Shown: positions 34,991 to 45,734, counted from the stretch's first letter. The stretch: DNA of 61,048 bases from an uncultured Ectothiorhodospiraceae bacterium (GCA_964636675.1 CAZWUO010000003.1:1-61048); one strand, 5' to 3'. Translations and numbers: made by a program. Notes: a model not told the origin generated them from the sequence alone.

Positions 34991-36883
34991 TCAAACTTTA
35001 GTCATATTCAATCGTTTAATACGGTACATCCCCACAAACCCGGCGATAATAATGATTAATACAGGGATCAGTGCAATGTTTAATATTTTTAGCGTAGTAC
35101 CCAAGCTTTCGATATTTTTCCCAAGTTCATGCTGAACAGTGCGTAACTCTTTACGTGTTTGCACTTGCTGGTCACGAAATTTTTCAATCTCTGCTTTTTG
35201 CTCAGGACTCAATATCAACGAACTTCCACCCTCTTTTTCGCGCTGCAATTCAGCAAGTTTGCGCTCGGCTTGCTGCAATTTTTCTTGCAGTAATTTTTCA
35301 GTATCACGATATTTGCTTTCAGCTTCTTGTTGCAAATCCAAAACCTTCTGAAAAGGCCTCGCAGACTTTCCACGCCCCCGCAAACTAATAAGATCGTTAT
35401 TTCCACTCAAATTTTCAACCGCATTAATAACAAATGCATCGTTATTAGCACGTGGAATTGCCATTCGGTTACCAAAAAAGTTCTGCAAATTAACCCATTG
35501 TTTGTCTTCCAATAAATCCGTATCGGCAACGACAACCAAATTTATTTCATTCGCTGACTCCAGCAAGCCCGTTTGCTTGTCACCATCAACTTCGATGCCA
35601 TCGGGGAAAGCGCTCTTAACCTTGCCACGAATTCGAGCAGCAATGACCATAGACTCTCCGCTAGGTATAAAATCGCGTAACAATTGCGCTGGATTTGGGC
35701 CAAACTGTACGCTACTCACCGGCACACTCATTGACTTGCTCCCGGTTGACAACAAGGGAGTGAACTCAATATTTGATATTTCATCTTTTTTAATAAAGCC
35801 CGGCGTCGCCACATTAACAACCTTTAAATCAGAAGTAATAAAATCAGCTTGATTAAAATTATTTTCATTGAGTGACAACCAAACAATATAGTCCATGGCT
35901 TGCACACGCTGGCCAGATCTTGCATTCACCCGAGTCGCAGCATCTCTATCCGCAGCAAGGCTATTCGGTACAAACTCAAGCCCCCAGCTTTTAAACAACA
36001 GATCTAAACTCGATGATCTGCTCGCCGTCATAGCAGACATCGGATTTGCTGGATCGGATACCGGCACTTCAACTTCTGAAAAAGGATCTACGAACACTAT
36101 TGCGCGCCCTCCCTGCAGAATAAACTGATCAATTGCAAACAACGCAGACTCAGCTAAATCCTTTGGATGAACTAACATTAAAATATCGATATTCGAAGGA
36201 ATACTCGTAAAATTGGTTTCTAGTTTTTGAACATCAAAAAACTGCCTGAGTTGGTTTACAATAAACCACTCCTGAGAACCTGCATTCTGGTTCATAAACG
36301 GATTATTAGCCGCAGCGCCAAAAATAGGTAAACTTGAGGCTAAACCAAGCACTGGCTGCTTAGAATTTATCAACTTATAAATAAGCCTGGTTAAATCGTA
36401 CTCCAAGGAATCTTCTTTATCCGGCCGAAAAAACACAATCGACTCTTGGTCATCGACACTATTAACGCCAATCAAACCAAAATATCCAGCACCGCCAGAA
36501 TTATCAACGGGAACACCCTGTAACCCATATTGCACTGCTTCATCTTCGGTGTCCGAAAAAGGCTCCGGATCAGCTGCAATAAGCTTAAGTTTTCCGTCAG
36601 CTAAATCAACGTACTCGTCTAATAAATCTCGCACACGATGTCCATATGAAAGCAAACCTGGAACACCGGAAAATACTTTTTCCGAAAAATAAAAACGCAG
36701 CGTTATAGGCTCATCAATCGTCTGCAAAATATTTTCGGTACCTTCCGATACGGTAAATAATTTATCCTCGGTCAAATCCAATCGACTGGAGGTAAACAAT
36801 AAACTCGAAACCAAGTTAATCATTAATAGAAATGCAGCAATAAGTAGCAAACCGGAAGTCGAGAAAAAACGTATTTTATTCAT
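34991..36883 (-). CDS. GldG-family ABC transporter accessory/substrate-binding protein
   Basis: RLDLTEDKLFTVS, DPEPFSD, LEYDLT, IDQFILQGG. Confidence 0.9.
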   Translation of the reverse strand: MNKIRFFSTSGLLLIAAFLLMINLVSSLLFTSSRLDLTEDKLFTVSEGTENILQTIDEPITLRFYFSEKVFSGVPGLLSYGHRVRDLLDEYVDLADGKLKLIAADPEPFSDTEDEAVQYGLQGVPVDNSGGAGYFGLIGVNSVDDQESIVFFRPDKEDSLEYDLTRLIYKLINSKQPVLGLASSLPIFGAAANNPFMNQNAGSQEWFIVNQLRQFFDVQKLETNFTSIPSNIDILMLVHPKDLAESALFAIDQFILQGGRAIVFVDPFSEVEVPVSDPANPMSAMTASRSSSLDLLFKSWGLEFVPNSLAADRDAATRVNARSGQRVQAMDYIVWLSLNENNFNQADFITSDLKVVNVATPGFIKKDEISNIEFTPLLSTGSKSMSVPVSSVQFGPNPAQLLRDFIPSGESMVIAARIRGKVKSAFPDGIEVDGDKQTGLLESANEINLVVVADTDLLEDKQWVNLQNFFGNRMAIPRANNDAFVINAVENLSGNNDLISLRGRGKSARPFQKVLDLQQEAESKYRDTEKLLQEKLQQAERKLAELQREKEGGSSLILSPEQKAEIEKFRDQQVQTRKELRTVQHELGKNIESLGTTLKILNIALIPVLIIIIAGFVGMYRIKRLNMTKV

Positions 36884-36899
36884 TATATGATTCCTCCCT

Positions 36900-37634
36900 C
36901 TAGTCCGCTTTTTTCATTTCAACGAGAATAACATTGGCAAACAGCCAACAACCTATGAACGAAGTAAAATATATTACGTCGCGCAAATCTATTACCCCTT
37001 TCATTAAAGAATTGAAATGCGTTAGAAAACTCAAAGAGCTTATCGCATTTATCATTACTTGAGGTGCCCAGCCTTTGAAAAAATCGATAACCATTGGAAA
37101 ACCGCTCAACATAAAAATAAAAGAAACGACCACGCCAATCACAAATGCAATAACTTGGTTACGCGTTATCGCAGATATGCAAGAACCAATAGCGAGAAAT
37201 GCGCCTGCCATCAATAAACTTCCTAGATATCCTGCAAAAATAACCGCGTTGTCAGGACTTCCCAAATAATTCACGGTGATCCAAATCGGAAAAGTCAATG
37301 CCAGCGCAATCGCAATAAATATCCAAGCCGCAAAAAACTTACCCAGCACTGCCTGAGTGGTAGAAATAGGCAAGGTCATTAACAGTTCGATGGTACCCGC
37401 TTTGCGTTCCTCAGCCCAAAGCCGCATTGAAATCGCGGGGATGAGAAACAAATAAAGCCATGGATGATACGAAAAAAAGGGTAAAAGATCCGCTTGCCCT
37501 CTTTCAAAAAAACTGCCCAGATAAAAAGTAAAAATGCCGGTCAATAGTAAAAAAATGACAATAAAAACATAAGCAACAGGTGTCGAAAAATAGTTTCCTA
37601 ACTCGCGCTTTAAAATCGCCGTGACATTATTCAT
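36900..37634 (-). CDS. ABC-2 permease (GldF-like)
   Basis: YFSTPVAY, SMRLWAEERKAGTIELLMTLP. Confidence 0.92.
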   Translation of the reverse strand: MNNVTAILKRELGNYFSTPVAYVFIVIFLLLTGIFTFYLGSFFERGQADLLPFFSYHPWLYLFLIPAISMRLWAEERKAGTIELLMTLPISTTQAVLGKFFAAWIFIAIALALTFPIWITVNYLGSPDNAVIFAGYLGSLLMAGAFLAIGSCISAITRNQVIAFVIGVVVSFIFMLSGFPMVIDFFKGWAPQVMINAISSLSFLTHFNSLMKGVIDLRDVIYFTSFIGCWLFANVILVEMKKAD

Positions 37635-38587
37635 GATCGGCCATCTCCCGCAACCTCAATCGAGGTAATATCTCTAAATACTTCATCCAAATGCCCTGTC
37701 TCTACGTTTAAAGCCTCAAATTGCCAGTCATTTTCTTTTGCAATATTGTTTATATCTTTAATAATACTTTGCCCATTTTTTGCCACCACGCGAAAATTAA
37801 AAACACCCGAGTCGGTTTCGCTAAATTCAACATCAACAACATACGAGGCTTGTTTCAGCTTTTGAGCAACTGCACCCGCTGTATCGGTAGTCAATACCAA
37901 ATTTACGGCATTGTGATAACGCGATCTTGCTTCTAGCTCATCTGGCGTTCCATTAAATAAGAGCTTTCCTTGGGCGATGATAATCGCTCGGTTACAAATC
38001 GCATTTACCTCTTCAAGTATATGTGTGGAAATAATAATCGCCTTATCCTTGGCCATATTCTGAATCAGCTCTCTGACTTCGTGTTTCTGGTTTGGATCCA
38101 AACCATCCGTTGGCTCATCCATGATTAAAACCTCGGGATCATGTAATATCGCCTGCGCTATACCCACTCTGCGCTTAAATCCCTTGGATAAGGTCTCGAT
38201 CGATTGATTGAGTATTTTTTCTAGATGCGTTATTTCTATCGCCTGATTGATTCGTCGTTTTTTTTCTTCACCGGAAAAACCACGTATTTCGGCAATAAAA
38301 CTCAAGAAAGTCATTGCCGTCATGTCACCGTATGCAGGGGCGCCCTCAGGCAGATAGCCAATTGATTTTTTTACTTTTAGGGGGTTTTTTAATACATCAT
38401 TGCCACAGATAATAGCGGTACCCGATGACGGCCTAAGAAATCCCGTAATCATTTTCATTGTCGTTGATTTACCGGCACCATTTGGCCCTAAAAAGCCCAA
38501 TACTTCTCCTCGGTTAACGGTAAACGAAACGTCGGAAACAGCTGCATAATTTCCGAAAACCTTTTCCAGATTCTTTACTTCGATCAT
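37631..38587 (-). CDS. ABC transporter ATP-binding protein (GldA-like)
   Basis: GPNGAGKST, LSKG, DEPTDGLDP. Confidence 0.94.
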   Translation of the reverse strand: MIEVKNLEKVFGNYAAVSDVSFTVNRGEVLGFLGPNGAGKSTTMKMITGFLRPSSGTAIICGNDVLKNPLKVKKSIGYLPEGAPAYGDMTAMTFLSFIAEIRGFSGEEKKRRINQAIEITHLEKILNQSIETLSKGFKRRVGIAQAILHDPEVLIMDEPTDGLDPNQKHEVRELIQNMAKDKAIIISTHILEEVNAICNRAIIIAQGKLLFNGTPDELEARSRYHNAVNLVLTTDTAGAVAQKLKQASYVVDVEFSETDSGVFNFRVVAKNGQSIIKDINNIAKENDWQFEALNVETGHLDEVFRDITSIEVAGDGRS

Positions 38588-38928
38588 GTATATTTATCCA
38601 CCACACTTAGTCACTAATGATTGTTTCGAGCCGAAAGCCTCTATACGAGCCTCTCTCCCGCTCCAACTGGTTATAGTTGCTATAAAAATCTTTCCAAAAC
38701 GAACTCTTCCAATTAAAACCGTGAAGTCAATTCTGTTGTTAGGGTTAATGCTGAAGAAATGAGTATTATCAATAGAAAACTTCCGTTGTCAAGATTCTGA
38801 AAGATTTACGCAAGCAATTTAAACAAGTATCCCCCCGCCGATATAATATCCCCAGAAATAATTCCCGCTTTCGACTACCTAGGGTAAAAAAAGTTCGATC
38901 GAAGAACACTCGTGCCACATTGCCATAC

Positions 38929-39897
38929 TTAAAAATCGAGTAATTTTCTCCTCACATCACTAGGAAGACCTTGTAAACCTTGCAAACCTCCTGTATGTAT
39001 CCCAACGATTTTAGATCCTGCCGGGAAATACCCCTGCTCTAGCAAATCAAATATTGCATAAAACAATTTCCCAGTATAAATAGGCTCTAATAAAATATTG
39101 AAGTCTTTTCCAAAGGTATGAATAAAATCAATAAGCTTAGCAGAATACTTTGCATATCCACCAAAATGGTAGGCGTCACAAATTGACCAGCCCGATGCTT
39201 CAGCGATACTAAACGGCTGAATGAACGCCCTCACTGCGTTATTAAGAAAATCTGCATTTTTTAGCGCGGCAACACCCAAAATTTTGGTGTTTTCATGCTT
39301 AGCAATAAGTAAACCACTCAGTGTTCCAGCGGTACCGCAAGCAGTCGCCACATAATCTGGAACAGCATCAAGCTGTTGTGCCAATTCGGTCATAATTTCT
39401 GCACAGCCTTGTAAGGCATGACTATTACTTCCGCCTTCAGGAAGCAGGTAAAATTTTCCGTATTGCTCTATCAATGCATCCAGAAAATCGGCGGTATCTT
39501 TTTTGCGGTATTTCTCTCTCGTAACAAAGTGCAGTTGCATACCGCAAGAACGTGCAAAGGATAAGCTAGGATTATCTTCGTATTTTTGCTCGCCACGAAT
39601 AATTCCTATCGTCGCAAACCCAAATCGCTGACCTGCTGCCGCAAGTGCAACAATATGGTTTGAAAATGCACCGCCAAAAGATAGCAACGTTGAATAGTTT
39701 TTTTCCTTGGCCACCAATAAATTGTATTTAAGTTTTCTCCATTTGTTACCTGAGATAGCGGTATCTAACAAATCGTCACGTTTAATAAAAAGTCTTATTT
39801 TTTGATGTGCGAATAATGGTGAATGCAACTCTTGTATTGGCGAAAAAGGAAGCTCAAGTTTTTGCTTCAAGCTCGAGCTTGTCAATGAATCCAACAT
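38929..39897 (-). CDS. D-cysteine desulfhydrase/ACC deaminase family PLP enzyme
   Basis: KRDD...SGNKWRKL, GGAFSNH, LPEGG, EPIYTGK, HTGG. Confidence 0.9.
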   Translation of the reverse strand: MLDSLTSSSLKQKLELPFSPIQELHSPLFAHQKIRLFIKRDDLLDTAISGNKWRKLKYNLLVAKEKNYSTLLSFGGAFSNHIVALAAAGQRFGFATIGIIRGEQKYEDNPSLSFARSCGMQLHFVTREKYRKKDTADFLDALIEQYGKFYLLPEGGSNSHALQGCAEIMTELAQQLDAVPDYVATACGTAGTLSGLLIAKHENTKILGVAALKNADFLNNAVRAFIQPFSIAEASGWSICDAYHFGGYAKYSAKLIDFIHTFGKDFNILLEPIYTGKLFYAIFDLLEQGYFPAGSKIVGIHTGGLQGLQGLPSDVRRKLLDF

Positions 39898-39927
39898 TTA
39901 AGCCTGCTCAGCGCTCAACAGAAGGGG

Positions 39928-40758
39928 CTAACGTTCAGCGACAATATAAGCCAGCCAAGATTCTTGCTGATCAACTTCTGTGATTTGTTGATATTCACCA
40001 GTACCGGTAAGGTATTCATTGTCCGGATCATCGTCTTCTTCAAACCCTTCCCAATAAATATGCACATTGGAATATCCAGCCTCTAACAAAATTTCCTTTA
40101 TCTCTGGCAGACTCCATAAACGCCATGAATATGAAAAGGCTTTATCCATTCTTGAGCCATCGGTAAACTCAAAATGAATATGACATTCAAGATGTGCATT
40201 GATCGGATTATAGTATTCTTGCTCCCAGATGTAGATAAAATCCTCGTCCTCAATTGGGCGCTCTTCTTCGACCACATCTGTGGTCGATGTACCACCCAGT
40301 AAATCCAGAAAAAACAAGCCATCCTCGGCAAGAGAACTTCGAACATTCGCGAAGTACTGGCGTAGCAAATCACGTGTTTCAAAAATGCAATAGCTAAAAT
40401 TGAATGCACAAGCGACATCTACGTTTTCTGCCTTAACCGATAGCACATTTTCATTCAGCAAAGTCACTCGTTGCGCGATGCCCTTCCCCGCAGGCTTGAT
40501 ATTATTTTTTAACCCCCAATCCAAGGTAGATTGGCATAGGTCTACGCCAATCGCGCGATAGTCCTTCCCTTGCTTAGCCCATTCTGTGCTTAATAAAGCA
40601 GTACCACAGAAATCTTCCCGAAAAATCTCTGGCTCCATTTCGTTGATTTCTCTATAAACCTGCAAAGCGAATTCAATTTCTGTATCCGCAGTCTGTACTG
40701 ATTTCTGATAAAGAATATGCTTGTCGGCCTTTTCAGCCAGTGATTTTTTTTTACTCAT
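39928..40758 (-). CDS. Class I SAM-dependent methyltransferase
   Basis: REDFCGT, GVDL, AFNFSY, YSWRLWSLPE. Confidence 0.85.
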   Translation of the reverse strand: MSKKKSLAEKADKHILYQKSVQTADTEIEFALQVYREINEMEPEIFREDFCGTALLSTEWAKQGKDYRAIGVDLCQSTLDWGLKNNIKPAGKGIAQRVTLLNENVLSVKAENVDVACAFNFSYCIFETRDLLRQYFANVRSSLAEDGLFFLDLLGGTSTTDVVEEERPIEDEDFIYIWEQEYYNPINAHLECHIHFEFTDGSRMDKAFSYSWRLWSLPEIKEILLEAGYSNVHIYWEGFEEDDDPDNEYLTGTGEYQQITEVDQQESWLAYIVAER

Positions 40759-40920
40759 AGATTTCCGCTATTTAGAAACATTGTGTATTCTATGCTCGTG
40801 GCAATTGAGCGCGCCAACTAATCACCGGTAATCTTAGCCAGTATCTTGATGAAATGCTATTCGCTGCCAAAGGCGGTATAATCACCAATTATCAATTCAC
40901 CGCAAAATATAGCGTTATAC

Positions 40921-41424
40921 ATGCATTATTGTACCCCGACAAAAATTGATCAACTCAGAAAATTATTTACATTTTATAAACTAGAGCTAACACTCATCGA
41001 CGAAAAAAAAACCATTCCCGGTAGTTTTTGGGGTGGCTGCGAAGCAGGATTAATAGAGCATACACTTTACGTACGCTACGACACCCCTATCCACTCCGCT
41101 TTACATGAAGCCTGTCATTATATCTGCATGAGCGAAGACCGCAGAAATGAGCTACATACCAATGCCGGTGGCGATTATGCTGAAGAAAATGGCGTATGCT
41201 ATTTGCAAATTCTACTCGGTGAAAAACTTCAAGATATCGATCGCATAACAATGTTCAAGGACATGGATAAATGGGGATATAGCTTCCGACTCGGATCAAC
41301 CGAAAAGTGGTTTTATACAGATGCCGATGACGCCCGAGCATGGTTACTCAAACGACAAATCATCGATATACAGAATAATGTAACCGGTAAACTGCGGAAT
41401 TACCACCCTAATAGAGAGAAATAA
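40921..41424 (+). CDS. Conserved hypothetical protein with HExxH motif
   Basis: IPGSFWG..EAGL, HSALHEACH, WGYSFRLGS. Confidence 0.75.
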   Translation: MHYCTPTKIDQLRKLFTFYKLELTLIDEKKTIPGSFWGGCEAGLIEHTLYVRYDTPIHSALHEACHYICMSEDRRNELHTNAGGDYAEENGVCYLQILLGEKLQDIDRITMFKDMDKWGYSFRLGSTEKWFYTDADDARAWLLKRQIIDIQNNVTGKLRNYHPNREK

Positions 41425-41429
41425 TTTAC

Positions 41430-42197
41430 ATGCTATTTTATCTCGGCAAAATGATAAAAACCCTTATTATTCCACCAGGATTATTGGTGGTCTCTTTAAT
41501 CGTTGGGCTTATCTTACTGAAACACAAACCTCGCTTAGCAAAAAAAATCTTAGCCATTAGCATTACGTTTTTCAGCCTCATGTGCTTGCCTATTATTTCT
41601 AGTCTATTAATGACCAGTATCGAAACATACCCAGCACTTAGTCACCAACAAATTCAACATTCAACGGCGCAAGCCATCGTAGTACTCGGCGGAGGTCGCC
41701 AATACGACGCGGAGGAATATAACGGAGATACCGTTAGTTCTTTTACCCTACTAAGGCTACGTTATGCCGCGACATTGCATAGAAAAACGGGCATACCCCT
41801 ATTAGTAACCGGTGGCAACCCCCTCGACGATAGAGTTTCCGAGGCAGTATTAATGGCGACTGCTCTGCAACAAGATTACGCTATTACTGCAAAATGGCTA
41901 GAAAAAGAAAGCCGGAATACCGCTGAAAATGCAAAGTATAGCGCCCAAATATTAAATGCGGAAAATATCAGCAACATTCTCCTTGTTACCCAAGCATGGC
42001 ATATGCGTCGTGCAGTTCGTTTGTTCGAAAACCAAGGACTTCGTGTCACCGCAGCACCTACTATGTTTGAAGGCTTTAATAAAAATAATACCACGATCAG
42101 AGGTTTTGATTTCTTGCCTAGCATCAACGCTTTTTATGATAGCAGTTATGCCTTACACGAAATAATCGGTCAGCTCTGGTATACTATTCGTTATTAA
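41430..42197 (+). CDS. YdcF/ElyC (DUF218) family protein
   Basis: IVVLGGG, VTGG, SRNTAENA, LVTQAWHMRRA, HEIIG. Confidence 0.9.
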   Translation: MLFYLGKMIKTLIIPPGLLVVSLIVGLILLKHKPRLAKKILAISITFFSLMCLPIISSLLMTSIETYPALSHQQIQHSTAQAIVVLGGGRQYDAEEYNGDTVSSFTLLRLRYAATLHRKTGIPLLVTGGNPLDDRVSEAVLMATALQQDYAITAKWLEKESRNTAENAKYSAQILNAENISNILLVTQAWHMRRAVRLFENQGLRVTAAPTMFEGFNKNNTTIRGFDFLPSINAFYDSSYALHEIIGQLWYTIRY

Positions 42198-42262
42198 CCC
42201 ACACTGCCAAGTATCGTGCTATAAATACTCCGCTAATTAAACCTTATGCATTAACACAGGAC

Positions 42263-43126
42263 GTGACCATGCGCCGACTTTACCTTTTACTCATTTCTAG
42301 CTGCTTGCTCATCACTTCTAGCTGCGCCCTGCTTGAGGTTGTCGAAGAGCAACCACCGTTAGACCTTTCTTTTGAACAAGCCTTTGAATACGCGGAGCTG
42401 GCGAATGTCAGTTATCAGAGTCTTGCTGAGATTAATCAAATAAATGCAAAATATTCATTAGAAGTCATACATTCAAAGCTGGACACTGACACTGCGGTTA
42501 ATTATTTCCTTGCAAAATCAGGCAATCGATACCTCATTAGTGCGCGCGGTACCGCGACGGTAAGCGACGTACTAACCGACTTAAAATTTAAGCTTGTATA
42601 CAATCAACAACTGGGAATGTATTTACACCAGGGCTTTGCCGCCGCTGCAAAGACCATTACCGAAGAACTAAAAGATCGTTTGCCTCGAAATGCGATCATA
42701 GAAGCAACCGGACATAGCTTAGGAGGCGCTGTAGCCGTTGCAATCGCCATTCAGTTACGTCACGAGGGCTATCAAGTCTCCCGTGTTGTCACATTTGGAC
42801 AACCTAAAATCACTGATTTTAGCGGTGCTCAAAAATACGCGACAATAAACGTGATACGATATGTCGCAGAAAAAGACATCGTTCCGTTAATACCCCCTTT
42901 GGCACCTAGAGAATTTAAAAAAGCAGGCCTTTACTGGCATATTGGTAATGCAGTGATACTCAATGACGCGGGAGATTATACCTCGTTAAATAGCACACAG
43001 AGTATGCATCGCGCGATTAGGGCGTCTTATACGAATCTCACCGCACAAGATCTAGACGCACATAAAATGCAAAGCTATTTGCAACTAACGAGTGCACTCG
43101 CGAATAAACCAAGCAGTAACCCGTAG
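42263..43126 (+). CDS. Class 3 lipase family lipoprotein
   Basis: RGT, HQGF, GHSLGG, TFGQP, DIVP, C-terminal His; lipobox-like SSC. Confidence 0.9.
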   Translation: MTMRRLYLLLISSCLLITSSCALLEVVEEQPPLDLSFEQAFEYAELANVSYQSLAEINQINAKYSLEVIHSKLDTDTAVNYFLAKSGNRYLISARGTATVSDVLTDLKFKLVYNQQLGMYLHQGFAAAAKTITEELKDRLPRNAIIEATGHSLGGAVAVAIAIQLRHEGYQVSRVVTFGQPKITDFSGAQKYATINVIRYVAEKDIVPLIPPLAPREFKKAGLYWHIGNAVILNDAGDYTSLNSTQSMHRAIRASYTNLTAQDLDAHKMQSYLQLTSALANKPSSNP

Positions 43127-43145
43127 CGATTGAGATTTAAGTATC

Positions 43146-43595
43146 TCAAAGTCTGTTTTTTATTCTTGAGAACGCGCCCTGGGTTTCTGCCACCCTGTTT
43201 TTTTCTTTTTGCTCGCCCGAAGGTAAAATACCGTCTATTTTGCGTACTATCATTTTTGCCATAGTATTCCCTGTATATTCTCTACTCGATGCTGCTGTAC
43301 GCATTTCCTCTAGAATGGATATTAATTTTCTGTTTTTTCTCTCGAGTTCCTGATATTTTTTTTTCTGTTCCTCTGCTTTTGATTTTAGAGCATTAATTTC
43401 GTCTTTTACCTTTTCTTCTGCGGCAACAGAGGTTTGCCCTAACTGACTCTCAAGCGCTTTTAGCTGGGCATTCTGTTCCGCAATACGCCGCGAAGCATTG
43501 ACCTGCTGCTCAGTAAAAGCACGCACATTAATTTGGGTTGTTAGATAAACCGTCACAATCAGAATAATAAGAAATGAAATGAGAGCAGTTAGCAT
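43146..43595 (-). CDS. Single-TM coiled-coil protein
   Basis: N-terminal hydrophobic helix followed by E/K/Q heptads. Confidence 0.6.
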   Translation of the reverse strand: MLTALISFLIILIVTVYLTTQINVRAFTEQQVNASRRIAEQNAQLKALESQLGQTSVAAEEKVKDEINALKSKAEEQKKKYQELERKNRKLISILEEMRTAASSREYTGNTMAKMIVRKIDGILPSGEQKEKNRVAETQGAFSRIKNRL

Positions 43596-43597
43596 AA

Positions 43598-43833
43598 TCC
43601 TAGATTCCGCAGTTGACCGCTATAAGATATCTTAAGCGGTTGATTAGAAAACGAATGAGCTTGTTTATCGAATGCACTCAGAGGATGCGCGTGCTACGCC
43701 ATGAATAACACGCTCTTAAGCGTGAATAACGTCGTTGCAATCGTTGTATATAGCAGGCTATTCCGTCTCATCGCGTCTTGCTATTCACGATTAAAAGCGT
43801 ACTCTGCACGCCGTTCAACTGCGGATTCTAGGA
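43598..43833. mobile_element. MITE-like element, copy 1 (236 bp)
   Basis: TIR TCCTAGATTCCGCAGTTGA ... TCAACTGCGGATTCTAGGA (1 mismatch in 19); TAA on both flanks. Confidence 0.75.
43710..43800. repeat. Nested inverted repeat inside MITE copy 1
   Basis: ACGCTCTTAAGCGTGAATA ... TATTCACGATTAAAAGCGT (17/19 complementary). Confidence 0.6.
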
Positions 43834-44027
43834 TAATTTTCATTCGGCGACTGATATATGCACTGTTTCGACCAGCTACATCATTGACTTTAACTTAGAT
43901 TTATTTTGTATGATGAGGCCTCGAAGTTAGCGATGACTAACAAATTAAAAAGCTTTACAAAAGCACTTTGCCTAAGCAATATTACGCAGTTTTTTCATAT
44001 TGATTTGCGGCAAAATAGGGAATAATA

Positions 44028-44651
44028 ATGTCCATAACCACAAGTTTTCTTGATTTAATGAGCCGCGGTGGCCCGGTTATGTGGGTAATTTTCGTGGTTG
44101 CGTGGATAGCGATAATTATGCTCGTAGAACGCGCACTCAGAGTCAATGCTTGGCATAGACAAGCATTAAAGGATCAGCAAGCATTCGACAATAGCAAAAC
44201 CTACTTGCCTGAAAAAGTGCTTAGCCAAAATGTGAGTCCTATTGCGATGTTAATTTCTCGCATGGACTGGCAAGAAATAAAAAATAATGACGAGCTAGCA
44301 CAACAACTCAATATTCAACTAGCAGAGCTAATGCCGCGACTTGAAGGCACGTTACCAACCATCGCTATTATTGGCTCTCTATTACCCATGCTCGGTCTTT
44401 TAGGTACCGTCACCGGTATGATAGAAGTATTTGAAGTTATCGCATTACAAGGAACGGGTGAACCCCAAGAAATGGCTCATGGCATTTCACAAGCACTACT
44501 GACAACAGCCAGTGGATTAATCATCGCAATTCCCGTTATTTTTTTTCATCACTTGCTGGTTCGTCAACTACGGCATGTGCTTGCAATTACCGAGCAAAGC
44601 ATGCACGCGGTTTACTCTAAGGACATTAGTACGCTTAAAGAAATAAGATGA
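44028..44651 (+). CDS. exbB: ExbB/TolQ proton channel
   Basis: GGPVM, LPMLGLLGTVTGMI, GISQALLTTASGL. Confidence 0.9.
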   Translation: MSITTSFLDLMSRGGPVMWVIFVVAWIAIIMLVERALRVNAWHRQALKDQQAFDNSKTYLPEKVLSQNVSPIAMLISRMDWQEIKNNDELAQQLNIQLAELMPRLEGTLPTIAIIGSLLPMLGLLGTVTGMIEVFEVIALQGTGEPQEMAHGISQALLTTASGLIIAIPVIFFHHLLVRQLRHVLAITEQSMHAVYSKDISTLKEIR

Positions 44652-45073
44652 ACAATAGAAAAAACCCCATCATTCCGCCAAAACTAGAGGCTGGGACCTC
44701 AGAAATTTCGATGGCTCCGTTGATAGACGTCGTATTTTTATTGTTGATATTTTTCATGGTAACCACGGTTTTTCCAGAAAATCGTGGCCTCATTATTGAA
44801 AAACCAGAGTCAAGACAATCCGAACCATTAGCGTTAAAAAAAATAACTTTCTTAGTTTCTGAAACCGGTAAAATACAGTTCCAAAAACGCACGATTAATT
44901 TGCAAGACATCGAACGCCTGGTCAAAGAAACACTGACAACAACGCCTGATACCGCAGTATTAATGCAAGTCGACCGCAGAGCATCGACAGAAATATTCAT
45001 CCAAGTCTTAGATGCCGCCAAAGCCGGTGGCGCTAAACAAGTCGGTATCGCCACCACCCCCGAAAAACGCTGA
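44648..45073 (+). CDS. exbD: ExbD/TolR
   Basis: ISMAPLIDVVFLLLIFFMV. Confidence 0.92.
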   Translation: MNNRKNPIIPPKLEAGTSEISMAPLIDVVFLLLIFFMVTTVFPENRGLIIEKPESRQSEPLALKKITFLVSETGKIQFQKRTINLQDIERLVKETLTTTPDTAVLMQVDRRASTEIFIQVLDAAKAGGAKQVGIATTPEKR

Positions 45074-45086
45074 AACATTCGGGCAT

Positions 45087-45734
45087 ATGAAAAGAATAAA
45101 TATCAATTACTGGGTCATCGCATTCGTCATCGGCTCGCTACTGAATACAAGCTTATTTGTTCTATTACCTGGCCTAGGCAAAACAGCACCGCCTCAGCCA
45201 GCTCCAATTATCAAATTAGAGTTTATGGCTTGGCAACAACCCGTAGAAAAACAACCACCACCTAAGATCAGGCCTAAGATAAAACCTAAACTAAAACCCA
45301 AAGTAGAAAAACCCAAATCAAAACGAGCGCCACCCCCAGAACCGATTAAAAAACCAATGTTAACCGAGGATCCTGAACCACCTGAAAAAACTGTAATACC
45401 TGAGCCAGCGGTTAAAAATGAACCTGTCGCAGAGGCCTTGCCCGTTCCTGCTCCGATATTCGAGCTGACCAGTATGCCCAGAATGATACACAGAGAAACC
45501 CCCGTATACCCAGCAGAAATGCGCGCCCAAGGTAAAGAAGCCACGGTAAAACTTGAAGTATTACTTGACATTAAAGGTCTTGTGAGAACCATCGTAATAA
45601 AAAAGTCAGGTGGCAACTTATTTGACCAAGCCGCTATCAATGCTATCAATGCATCTACGTTTATGCCAGGGAATATTAATGGAAAACCTGTTGCCGTATT
45701 GATGCGAATACCGGTGAAATTTAGCCTACGCTAA
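45087..45734 (+). CDS. tonB: Energy transducer TonB
   Basis: N-terminal TM, Pro/Lys-rich linker, PVYPAE, FDQAAINA, C-terminal FSLR. Confidence 0.9.
   Translation: MKRININYWVIAFVIGSLLNTSLFVLLPGLGKTAPPQPAPIIKLEFMAWQQPVEKQPPPKIRPKIKPKLKPKVEKPKSKRAPPPEPIKKPMLTEDPEPPEKTVIPEPAVKNEPVAEALPVPAPIFELTSMPRMIHRETPVYPAEMRAQGKEATVKLEVLLDIKGLVRTIVIKKSGGNLFDQAAINAINASTFMPGNINGKPVAVLMRIPVKFSLR

Noticed and set aside
33967-38587. Gliding-motility system
   Set aside because: GldAFG-like ABC plus DUF4340 operons are widespread in non-gliding Proteobacteria; no other gld/spr genes seen
43701-43898. 65-aa ORF
   Set aside because: Lies mostly within the MITE and nested repeat; no protein-like features
45240-45360. 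Short AAACC/CCTAAA-type repeats
   Set aside because: Encode the normal Pro-Lys linker of TonB
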